Source: Somniosus microcephalus (taxonomy: Eukaryota). Taken from it: DNA of 64,000 nt. A model generated the notes under the pieces. The model saw only the letters and a list, made by a program, of their open reading frames with translations. It was not told the origin of the DNA and did not search any database. The DNA is taken from positions 30,938,001-31,002,000 of the forward strand of contig JBMRGM010000043.1 in assembly GCA_052327205.1 (NCBI GenBank), written 5' to 3'. Below, in pieces: positions 51,430 through 62,794 of this stretch. Position 1 is the first letter of the stretch, and each line of letters opens with the position of its first letter. A program made the position numbers and the translations under genes.

Positions 51430-54400
51430 TGCTCTATACTGTGCTGAGAGCCTCATTTGATTTTGAACGGAGATGGCCTATCGGGGGAAGGCAGCAGTAG
51501 CCAACTTCCTTGCTCCGTGGGTGGTTGTGTTGCACAGGACGGGGGGGGAAAACGAGCGGGAGAGCTGAAGTAATGGGGGATTCTAGTGTAAGGGGAATAG
51601 ATAGACGTTTCTGCGGCTTTAAACGAGACTCCAGGATGGTGTGTTGCCTCACTGGTGCTAGTGTCAAGAGTCAAGGGTCTCGGAGTGGCTGCAGGACATT
51701 CTGCAGGGGAAGGGAGAACAGCCAGTTGTCATGGTGCATATAGGTACGAACGATACAGGTAAAAACAGGGATTTGGTCCTGAAAGATAACTACAGGGAGT
51801 TAGGAGGTAAATTAAAACATAGGACCTCAAAGGTAGTAATCTCAGGTTTGCTACCAGTACCACCTTCTAGTCGGAGTAGAAATAGAAGGATATTTCAGAT
51901 GAATACTTGGCTAGAGGAATTGTGCAAGGGGGAGGGAATCAAATCCCTTGGATATTGGAACCGGTTCTGGGGGAGGTCAAACCAGTACAAACTGGACAGT
52001 TCACACCTGGGCAGGACAAGGACCAATGTCCTAGGGGGAGTGTTTGCTCGTGCTGTCGGGGAGAGCTTAAATTAAAATGGCAGGGGTTTGGGTACCTGTG
52101 CAGTGAGACAGAGGCTAGGGAAGCAAGGATAGCAGCAAAAGACAGGAAGGAGACAAGCAAAGTGGCAGTCATAGAAATCAAGGGTGTAAATCAAAGACGG
52201 CCACAGTAAGTAATAATTGTTTCCTGCATAAGACTGTTTAAAAAAAAAAGCTTGAAGTCTTTGCGTCTTAATGAGAGGAGCATTCGTAATAAGGTGAATG
52301 AATTAGCTGTGCAAATAGATGATATAATTGGGATTACGGAGACATGGAGCCAGGGTGACCAAAGCTGGGAATTCAACATCCAGGGGTATTCAATATTCAG
52401 GAAAGGCAGGCAAAAAGGAACAGGAGGTGGGGTAGCATTGCTAGTTAAAGTGTAGATTAACACATAATTAAGGAAGGATATTAGCTCTGATGATCTGGAA
52501 TCTGTATGGTTGAAGCTGAGAAATAGCAAGTGGCAGAAGACGTTCGTGGGAGTTGTATACAGGCCCACAAAGAGTAATGCTGAGGTTGGTGATGGCATGA
52601 AATGGGAAATTAGAGATGTGTGCATTAAGGGCACAGCAGTTATCATGGGTGACTTTAATCTACATATAGATTGGGCTAACCAAATTAGTAACAATACTGT
52701 GGAGGAGGAATTCCTAGAGCGTATACGGGATGGTTTCCTGGACCAATATATCGAGGAACCAACTAGTGATCAGGCTATCTTAGTCTGGGTATTATGTAAT
52801 GAGAAATGATTAATTAGCAGTCTTGTTGTGCGAGGCCATTTGGTGAGGAGCGATCATAATATGATAGAATTCTTCATTAAGATGGAGAGTGAAGTATTAG
52901 ACTCAGAGACTCGGGTCCTGAATTTAAATAAAGGAAACTACGATGGTATGAGTTGTGAATTGGCTAGGATAGATCCCAGATCGTTACTTAAAGGGTTGAC
53001 GATGGATAGTCAATGGCAAACATTTAAAGATCGCATGGATGAACCACAGAATTTGTTCATACCTGTTTGGCATAAAAATAAAACAAAAAAAATGTGACTC
53101 TACCGTGGCTAACATGGGAAATTAGGGACAGCATTAGATCCAAGCAGACGACACATAAATTGGCCAGAGCGGGCAGCAACCCTGAGGATTGGGAGCAGCT
53201 AAATATTCAGCAACGGAGGACAAAGGGATGAATTAAGAGGGGGACAATAGAGTATGTGAGTAGTCTTGCAGGGAATATAAAAACTGACTGAACAATCTTC
53301 TATAGATATGTGAAGCGAAAAAGATTGGTGAAGTCAAGCATAGGTCCCTTGCAGTCAGAATCAGTGGAATTTAAAATGGGGAACAAAGGAATGGCAGTCC
53401 AAGTACATACATATTTTGTTTCTGTCTTCACAAAGGAGGACACAAATAACCTCCAAGAAATGTCGGGGAACATAGGGTCTAATGAGAGGGAGGAACTGAA
53501 TGAAATCAGAATTTGTAGGGAAATGGTGTTCAGAAATTGATGGGATTGAAAGCCGATAAATCCCCAGGGCCTGATAATCTACATCCTAGCGTACTTAAGG
53601 AAGTGGCCCTAGAAATAATAGATGCATTGCTGGTCATCTTCCAAAATTCTATAGACTCTGGAACAGTTCCCTTGGATTGGAGGGTAGCTAATGTAACCCC
53701 ACTATTTAAAAAGGTGCTAGAGTGAAAAAGATGAATTATAGACCGGTAAGCCTGACATCAGTAGTGGGGAAAATGCTAGAGTCCATTATAAAAGATGTAA
53801 TAGCAGAGCACTTGGAAAACAGTGAGAGGATCGGACAAAGTCAACATGGATTTACAAAAGGTGAATCAAGCTTCAATAATCTTCTGGAATTTTTTGAGGA
53901 TATAACCAATAGAAGGGGGGCACGGTGCATAGTGGTTAGCACTGTTGCCTCACAGCGCCAGGGACCCGGGTTCAAATCTGGCCTCGGGCGACTGTCTGTG
54001 TGGAGTTTGCACATTCTCCCTGTGTCTGCGTGGGTTTCCTCCGGGTGCTCCGGTTTCCTCCCACAGTCCAAAGATGTGCAGGTTAGGTTGATTTGGCTAT
54101 GATAAATTGACCCTTAGTGTTAGGGGATTAAATACGTGGGGTTACGGGGATAGGGTGGGATATGTGTCGGTACAGGCTCGATGGGCCGAAATGGCCTCTA
54201 TCTGCACTGTAGATTCTGTGATTCTGTGATTCTGTGAAGAGATAAGGGAGAACCAGTGGATGTGGTGTATTTGGACTTTCTGAAGGCATTCAGTAAGGTG
54301 CCGCATAAGAGATTAGCGTGCAAATTTAAAGCACATGGGATTGGTGGTAAGGTACTGCCTTGCATAGAGAACTGTTTGGCAGACAGGAAGCAAAGAATTG

Positions 54401-55458
54401 GAGTAAATTGATCATTTTCTGAGCGGCAGGCAGTGAGTAGTGGGGTACCGCAAGTTCGGTGCTAGGACCCCAGTTATTCATAATCTGTATTAATGATCTA
54501 GACCAGGGAACTAGATGTAATATCTCCCAGTTTGCAGACAACACAAATCTGGGTGGGCGTGTGTGCTGTGAGGAGGATGCCGAGAAACTCCAGTATGATT
54601 TGGACTGGTTAGGTGATTGGGCAGATGCATGGCAGATGCAGTATAATGTGGATAAATCCACTGTGATGGCAAAAACAGGAAGGGTGATTATTATCTGAAC
54701 GGCAATAGATTGGGTGAAGGGGAAGTGCAATGAGACCTGGGTGTCCTTGTGCACCAGTCGCTGAAGGTAAGCATGCAGGTGCAGCAGGCGGTTAAGAAGA
54801 CAAATGGTATGTTGGCCTTCGTAGTGAGAGGGTTTGAGTGCAGGAACAAGGATGTCTTGCTGCAGTTGTACAGGGCCTTGGTGAGACCACACCTTGAGTA
54901 TTGTGTGCAGTTTTGGTCGACTTGTCTGAGGAAGGATGTTCTTGCCATGGAGGGAGTGCAGCGAAGATTCACCAGACTGATACCTGGGATGGCAGGAATG
55001 ATGTAAGAAGAGAGATTGGGTCGATTGGTCTTGTATTGGCTAAAGCTTAAGAGAATGAAATGGGATCTCTTTGAAACTTATAAAATTCTAACAGGACTAG
55101 ACAGACTAGATGCAGGAAGGATTTTCCCAATTGCGGGGGAGTCCAGAACCAGGGGTCACTGTCTAAGGATAATGGCTAAGTCATTTAGGACTACGATGAG
55201 GAGGAATTTCTTCACCCAGAGAGTGTTGAACCTGTGGAATTCTCTACCACAGAAGGCAGTTGAGCGCAATTCATTAAATATATTCAAGAAGGAGTTAGAT
55301 ATATTTATTAAGGCTAAAGGGATCAAGGGATATGGGGAGAAAGCAGGGACAGGGTACTGAGTTTGGATGATCAGCCATAATCTCATTGAATGGCGGAGCA
55401 GGCTCGAGGGGCCGAATGGCGTACACCTGCTCCTATCATCTATGTTTCTATGTATCTA
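51430..55458 (+). mobile_element. Near full-length decayed CR1 LINE: ORF1 esterase, APE endonuclease, RT
   Basis: VMGDSSVRG..MVCCLTGA..VHIGTND (SGNH/GDSL ORF1); IIGITETW, IMGDFN, SDHN (APE); QHGF, FADNT, RPHLEYCVQFW (RT); (tctatgtt)n tail; many stops/frameshifts. Confidence 0.93.
53915..54235 (+). mobile_element. Young tRNA-derived SINE (HE1/V-SINE-like) nested in CR1 RT
   Basis: A/B boxes (tagtggttagc, gggttcaaatc), core gtgtggagtttgcacattctccctgtgtctgcgtggg, (gattctgt)3 tail, gaag on both flanks. Confidence 0.85.
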
Positions 55459-55681
55459 AATTGGGCTGTGTATATAAAGGATGACAAATCTACTGCCAGA
55501 TGTTATCCACAGCGCCCAAATTGAATTATCTCCCCTCCAATCTCAGCAGCATCGGGAAGCAAAACTTCTGAGCCTCCGCTGTCTCGGGCATCACTTCCAT
55601 TCCGTTAGATCTTGGCAATCATAACTCTATCTTTGAATTTCCAAATGAGCAATCAAATGCATATTTCGTACAATTTTCTAG

Positions 55682-56489
55682 AGCACTTCTACAAACCTAC
55701 ACTGAGGGCTGAGCCTGAAACATAGAAACATAGAAGATAGGAGCAGGAGTCGGCCATTCGACCCCTCGAGCCTGCTCCGCCATTTAATAAGATCATGGCT
55801 GATCATCCAAATTCAGTACCCTGTCCCTGCTTTCTACCCACATCCCTTGATCCTGTTAGCCTTAAGCAACATATCTAACTCCTTCTTGAAAATAATTAAT
55901 GAATTGGCCTCACACTTCCTTTTGTGGTAGAGAATTCCACAGGTTCTCCACTCTCTGGGTGAAGAAATTCCTCCTCATCTCTGTTCTAAATGGCTTACCC
56001 CTTATCCTTAGACTGTGACCCCTGGTTCTGGACTCCCCGACTATCGGGAACATCCTTCCTGCATCTAATCTGTCGAGTCCTTTTAGAATTTTATAAGTTT
56101 TATTGAGATCCCCTCTCATTCTTCAAAACTCCAGCGAATATAAGCCCAATTGACCCAATCGCTCCTCATACGGCATTCCTGTCATCCCAGGTATCAGTCC
56201 AGTTAATCAGCGCTGCACTCCCTCCATGGCAAGAACACCCTTCCTCCGATAAGGAGAACATCCTTCCTCAGATAAGGAGAACATCCTTCCTCAGATAAGT
56301 TACTTGAGGGCCAACAGTTAAAACTCGCCTGTTTGGTTGAAATATTTCGCTCCAGTTCAGCGGCAGACCACAACTATTACATTAAGGAAACATCACGGCC
56401 TGACGATTCGGGGACTTACCTTGGTAAAGCAACTACTTTGCACAGCGAGGTGAAGAAACTGAACAATCAGGTTTCAGTTTCAGTCAGAC
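55682..56489 (+). pseudogene. Unit C D3-type Ig pseudoexon split by a CR1 insertion
   Basis: EHFYKPTLRAEPE (55682-55719) / CR1 / LLEGQQLKLAC (from 56300); 45-bp deletion removing the FYKDG strand; second Cys is Gly (TYLGKA). Confidence 0.88.
55720..56299 (-). mobile_element. CR1 3' fragment inserted in Ig exon
   Basis: ORF 55910..56119(-) MRRNFFTQRVENLWNSLP; acatagaaacatag tail; 23-bp triplication at the truncated 5' end. Confidence 0.9.
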
Positions 56490-56682
56490 GTGAGTACAAT
56501 TTACTGCAATTATCTATCATCTTTCATCCACTAAATTACCAACACATGCACACAATGGGATTCTTCATTCTGGCACAGGGCTTATCTATATGTTTAAGAT
56601 GCACTGTATAAATAAATGAATATATCCGTACATACTTGAAACCGTATTATGTTATTCATGGGATATGTTTATTTTATTCCAG

Positions 56683-56784
56683 TGCAGATTCACACAACCG
56701 CGATCAGAGCCTCAGTTTTTACACTTTTTCTTGTTGCTGCCCTGATTGCACTGGTACTCGTCAATCGTCCCAACAAGAAACAAG
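56683..56784 (+). CDS. Unit C transmembrane exon with Arg (activating type)
   Basis: ttccag acceptor, AAG|gtgagt donor, 102 bp like gene A; QIHTTAIRASVFTLFLVAALIALVLVNRPNKKQ. Confidence 0.88.
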
Positions 56785-57312
56785 GTGAGTCATGTTTTAC
56801 AGGCAGGTGATTGGCTCTATAGTCACGTGAAGGGCTTCAGTGTATTCTATATTCAGTTGCGACATTCAAAATGCAACCATATTATTTGGGCAAAAGAGGC
56901 TGGACTGGACTGGGCTGGAAAAAGAAAAATGTTATTTGAAATGACGATCTCAGAACAGACAGGAGCTTAAGACTGGGGCGAATTTGCCCAGTTAAGTGTT
57001 TTTATTTCCCTTTGTGCTGTTCAGAATTGATATGCATGTGGCCGAGGGGTAGAACAATAAGTGGCAGCATCATTCGTGGTTAGTGTGAGGAGACGATGCA
57101 TCCTAAAGGATTTGTAACGCGGTATATGGTAATATCTTACATGTTTCTGTATATCTTTTCTGTATTGATTCTGTATTAATAAGTCATTTAATGCACGTTT
57201 GTAAAAGTTTAGATTTAATGTGAATGAATACGTTTGCAGTTAAACAAATCCACCTGTACAGCAATATTTATTGTACAACTTGCTGAAGTAGGTCTCTTCC
57301 TGTTTTATCCAG

Positions 57313-57343
57313 AAAATTCTTCAAGAATTTCACAATCGCTTGG
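57313..57343 (+). CDS. Unit C cytoplasmic exon C1, ENSSRISQSLG
   Basis: atccag acceptor, GG|gtaagt donor, phase 1-2. Confidence 0.82.
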
Positions 57344-58254
57344 GTAAGTCCACGCAATAATTAGCTAAATAAGCCGTAGCTATATCCCTGAATATACTCA
57401 GTCTCTGTATAGCTGAACTAAACGCGGTAAATGCTTGTGCGGTAGATTTTATCAATTGCATTGAACTTTAATCTGGCATTACGGATCAGCCTCCTGTTAT
57501 AGAAAACACCATATTTTAATTTAATTTGAGTTGAATGGGATTGAAAAACATGTGGTTTCTACAACGCGTGTCTGTTCTGCTACACCACTTTTTATTCCGG
57601 GCACCGAGTTGGAAAATCTGCCCCATTGAAGATAAGCCTTTACTGTAGCTCGCACTCAAACGATTACACTCCCTGCAGTCTATAAGGAGTGATCATTTTC
57701 TAAGTTATGTCAGTTGTACCTGAACTTCCTAACTTAAACAGAGTGAAATTCACCCTGCGTGGCACAGTAAAAGGGGTGATTACAAATCGTTTTACAGTCC
57801 GCAGATTAGATTCCAGTGACTTGTAAATGAATATTGGGCGGAGTGTAAAAACTGTTGGAGTTTCGTTTAACCCTGCTCTCCACCACCACCCAAGAAGAAA
57901 TTATACCCCAAACTCTTCAATCACTCAGTGAGCTGGACTATTCTTTAATCCTCCAATTTAATCCTCATGTAAATCATAGGGAACTGAAGCATTCTAGGAT
58001 TTGGTGTGCAGGGCGATTGCGCATGTAGTTAATTTTAGTAACATTCACACAGTGACTATCTCAGGCAGTGGTCCATTTAACTGAACAAGCTTTTCTGGAT
58101 ACAGTTCTACTATTGATCAGCTTGAACAGTGTTTGTTGGCTTGGAATATCTAGTCCCCTTGTGAATCCAGTCGCTGTTTATTTTCCGACTCCCCTATGCT
58201 GGACATCATTCCACATGTGTTTTAACCTCTGACTGAATGTTGCTTGAACTTTCG

Positions 58255-59570
58255 ATACGCTTGTGTGGCCCTCAGTTTGAAACTGTGGCACTCTTCTAGA
58301 GCTTTGGTATGGAAGCACATCTCTATACGCATTACCCAATCCTGTCATAACCATAAATAATAATTTTTAAAACTTCTCCATCTTCTTTCAAGATTGATTT
58401 TTTTTTTAATTACTCCAACTCCTTTCAAGGCTTTATCTCCCTGGTTTTGTAACTAATCTAGTGACCCAGCCTTTATATTCAACAAGCGTCTAGTATGTTT
58501 CTCTTATTAAAAAGATATCAACATTGTATTCACTGCGCCAGATGTGGGACATCTGCTGGGCAGAGCACAGAAAGGAAGATCTGGTCGGAATGATCTCTTG
58601 CTGAAAGCAGAAACGCTTGATTTCTGTTCCATTAAGTACCGTGAAAGGAAAATCCTGCATGTTCTGTAAAAGATGTGTTAACCTCTCCACCATATTCTCA
58701 TCTTTGCATTCCTTCAACATGATTCTTAACAAACAAATGGCAGGAAAAATCATTGATACCCCATGAACTTGCATCAATACCAATTATAAATTTACGGTTA
58801 TCTTTCTTGATTTCTGTGGCCCTCAATTTGTAACTGTGGCACTCTTCTTGAGCTTCGGTATTAAAACGCATCTCTAAGCACATTCCACCATCCTGTCATA
58901 ATCATAAATAATATTTCAAAAAATTTCTCATTCTTCTTTCAAGACTAATTTTTTCAAAATACTCCAACTCCTTTCATCACTCTGTCCCCTTGGTTTTGGA
59001 ACTAATCTAATGATCCTGCCTTTACATTCATCAAGAGTCTAATATGTTTCTCTTATAAAAATGATATCAACACTGTACTCACTGCGCCAGATGTGGGACA
59101 TCTGCTGGGCTGACAGCATAACGTATGTTCAGTTGGAAGGTATCCCTTGCTGAACGCAGAACCGCTTGATATAAACACATATAAAACACATCTGTATGCA
59201 CATTTCCCAAAAACCTCTTAATCATAAATAATTATTGCTAAACTTCGCATTATTCTTTCAAGACTGAATTTTATCACAATACTCCAACTCCTTTCAAGGC
59301 TCTATCGCCCTGGTTTTGAATGTAAGCTCGTGACACGCCCTTTATATTCAACAAAAGAATCAATGTTTATTTTATTAAAATGATACCAGCACTGTACTCC
59401 CTGCGCCAGATGTGGGACATCTGCTGGGCAGAACACAGAAAGGAAGCTTGGTTGGGAAGGAGCTCTTGCCGAAAGCAGAACCACTTGCTCCCTGTTCCAT
59501 TAAGCTGCGTGCAAGGAAAATCCTGCCTGTTCTGTAAATGATGTGTGAACCTTTCCACCAGGTTCCTCTT
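58255..59570. repeat. Diverged intronic tandem triplication
   Basis: ctgcgccagatgtgggacatctgctgggc at about 58533, 59082, 59401; single copy in unit B at about 42617. Confidence 0.8.
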
Positions 59571-60678
59571 TGATTTCCTCCAACGTGATTTTTAGCACAA
59601 AAATCATAGAAAAAATGTTTTTAACAAAGGACATGCTCCAATACCAACTATAATTTTAAGGTTATCTCCCGTGATTTATAAGTTACACGGTGGTGATATA
59701 TCTCAACATTCTCTACAGTTCCTAATTCACTTTCAACACTGCACCCACTTTTTTTTTTAAACTGATACCCAAATATCAATGATACATTCTTCCTTTTATT
59801 TGGTATTGAATCCTCCCTTCCATTTAGGACACAATGGGTCAAATTTGCTTTTCCAATGGAGTTGAAAGCAGGTGGTAAGGGATGGCCGGCCAGTTTTACA
59901 CACAGCCTACTTTCCATTTCCAAATTCGGCTGGAGTGTAAGACGAGCGGCTGAGCCTTTACCACCCATATTCTGCTGGACGGTAAAAGTGAATATTAACT
60001 TCAACTTTCCAACTTGCCGCTCGGGCATAAACTGCCATTTCTGGTCAGCCGTCCAATTGAGATTGCGCCCGATTATCCTGTGAAACAATTTCGAAGCTAT
60101 GAAAATCCGGCGAGTGCTGTTTCTTACTGCCCAGCAGTAATGTGGATCATATACCCCCCGCCAGGAGACACTCTTACTACGTTACAATCTTCAACCATAA
60201 TCAGTATAACTTAATTTGGGGCCGCAGCACACAGCGAGCACTAACGAATCTATTGCACATTTTGGACTCGACCGATTTTATTTTCCATAAATTTCAATGG
60301 ATCAAAAATGATCTAGAGGATTTCTAAATGGACAGCCGATTCGCTACATTTCGCTTTGCGGTGTCTTCAAGGACCAATTTCTACTGAAGTGAGTCATGAT
60401 AAGGGAAATCTGGAAAATATCTGAGGTAATTCAGGATCTGCTGAGAGAACGACGTTAGACCCCTGGGGAGGAAAGTGCCACGGATCGGCAACCTGTCTAC
60501 CTTGAGCTTCTTCAACTGGTCCAATGGATGTGGACTTGCAAGTTTAAGGTTATGTCTCTTGTAAACTGCTTGCTTGTTTTTGATATTTATTCTACTATTT
60601 CATCTTATTTGAAAGTAACATTTCCGTTGTCCACGATTATTGTTAAACTTTAATCTCTGTGAACATTTCCGCACTTAG

Positions 60679-60764
60679 GGAGGCAACTAGAAACAGACCT
60701 CCAAGTGAAGAGAATTCTGCAGGCAATTCCGAGTCTGCAGGTGTGCGATCAGCTCAAAGCACCG
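60679..60764 (+). CDS. Unit C cytoplasmic exon C2 without tyrosine
   Basis: cttag acceptor, G|gtaagt donor; EATRNRPPSEENSAGNSESAGVRSAQST. Confidence 0.8.
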
Positions 60765-61059
60765 GTAAGTTCAACCTGATCAGCATGTGATGAACCGTAG
60801 ATTGTTTGGGGTAACATTTCCATCGGAAGTTCTCTCCAATATCGTTATCACTTCGGCAGAAGTTAGGCTACAACTCCAGAGAGATCACCCTTTCTGCAAG
60901 TTTTCCACGGAAATTCCACCAACGTTACGACGAGACATTGGGAAAAACCACATAGAGTTTCTATTTCCTTCTCTGCGTACACTCAGCACAATCTAGCGTT
61001 AGGTTTTCTTCTTCACTGTCTGGATATTGACCTATTATATCTCTAACATTATCTCAAAG

Positions 61060-61735
61060 TCTATGTCAGTGGCTGGTCTACATCTATATCTGTGTCTATG
61101 TCTATGTCTCTCTCTATGTCTATTCCTATCTCGAACTCTATGTTGATCTCTATGTCCACCTCCATCAATCAGTCTTTACCTATCTCCATATCTATGTCTA
61201 GCTCTATCTTTATATCTCTACTTCTTTATCCACCTCCATCTCTCTATCTCTACGTATATCCCAGTCTCTCGCAATCTATCATCATGCCTCACTATATTTC
61301 TTTACATTTATCTCGCTTTCCATCGCTCCATCTCTCTCTCTATCTATCTATTTGTATCTATCTCTATTGATCACTCTGTCTTGCTGGTTACAACTCTATC
61401 TCTCTCTGTCTATGTCCATTTAGATATCGATCTCTAGCTCCCCTATCTCTACGTCTATGCCAGACTCTTTCTATATGTTTATGCACCTCTATTTGTATCA
61501 AATAATTTATTAGTATCTCTATCACTGGCTCTAGTTATTTGTCTACCAGTAACTCCAAATTTATGTCCGTCTCAATCATCTCTCTGCCTCTGTGCCTATC
61601 AATATCTATTTCGATTTATATCCCTCTTTCTCTATATTCTATCTCTATCTTTATCTCTATCACTATCACTATCTCTGTCTCTATCTCTACCTCTGTCTAA
61701 AATCTCTACTCCCTATCTCTTTCTCTAAACCGTCA
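61060..61735. repeat. (TCTA/TC)n low-complexity tract, paralog of 929-3110 without Penelope or MITE
   Basis: Direct reading; collinear with 2600-3110 and continuing into the homolog of 3110-4130. Confidence 0.8.
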
Positions 61736-61882
61736 TTAATCTCTGATATTACAGTCGTACTCTTATGGACACCTGTTGCTTGCGAAACTGTGTAAATCCT
61801 GAGTGAAATATGATGGCTCTCTACAGAATAAAATTGTGCCTTATGTAAAGAATCAGAAAGTTAAATTATACTAATATTGCAG

Positions 61883-61905
61883 TTAATTTACTTGGATACT
61901 CTTAA
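61883..61905 (+). CDS. Possible terminal exon of unit C, (V)NLLGYS*
   Basis: ttgcag acceptor in phase 1; AG position shared with 3248; weak polypyrimidine tract. Confidence 0.25.
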
Positions 61906-62794
61906 GAGCCGAGATGGATTTCCTTCTCCACCACTCGGTCGAACGAAATAAAAGTGATCTTACTGTCCTTAGATATCTTTTTCTTAATCTTTATATTCGA
62001 TCTGATAATTAATTCCTTGTGAAAACATATCAAACGAGTAACAGAAATGGACTCAAAATGTGCAATACAATAGAGAATTTTGCATTGATAGAATGTTAAT
62101 TTCCTTTCATGGAAAGTTTGAATCTTCTGACTGTAACGAGGCTCATGTGACATGAATCATCAGCAACTGGAAGGCAATCGAGAGCCTGAGCACCAAGAAG
62201 ATAAATACAGATGTTCGGAGTCTACAGGAATCTACAGAAAATTCTGAAGGCAATAGTTGAAGCAAGCATGTTATTCCTACAAGTGACTAAAGAACAATAT
62301 TGCTGGGGAGCACCTCAGTTCGTGATGTTCATTCAAAGCAAAAACTGTCAATCGTCACGATTCAACCACGATTTGGATTTTTCTTCACAAGAGCCTCTAT
62401 GTACAGAACCTGATTCATTTCATTGCTGTATACAGCTGTTGATGCCTCATCACAGAGAATAAGGGGCCCAAGTTGAATAACTTCAGCATCTGTTTCTGGA
62501 TGTAGATGCCATGAGGCCAATGATCTAATGAAACTTTTGGTAAACTAGCTTCCTGACTGTGCCTGAAATATTTTCATTCTGACCTAAATGACTTTCGATC
62601 GCTTGGACATTTCGCTTGTATACGCCAGATTAATAACTGCTTACCTCCCAGATGTTTCGGGACATCTTCTGATTGATTGATTTCGCCTGGAGTTTCTGTA
62701 TTGGTACTAATTGTCTGCTTATAAACCTGGATGTATCATTTCAGCTACTGAAGAATTGGATTAGGTTCTGGACAGTTTCATGTGTAAGCCTTAT

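Noticed and set aside
53915-53990. tRNA gene (A/B boxes); similar heads at 11675 and 33325
   Set aside because: Heads continue into SINE cores and LINE-type tails; no complete cloverleaf.
51430-55458. Active autonomous CR1
   Set aside because: Multiple stops, frameshifts and a SINE insertion in RT.
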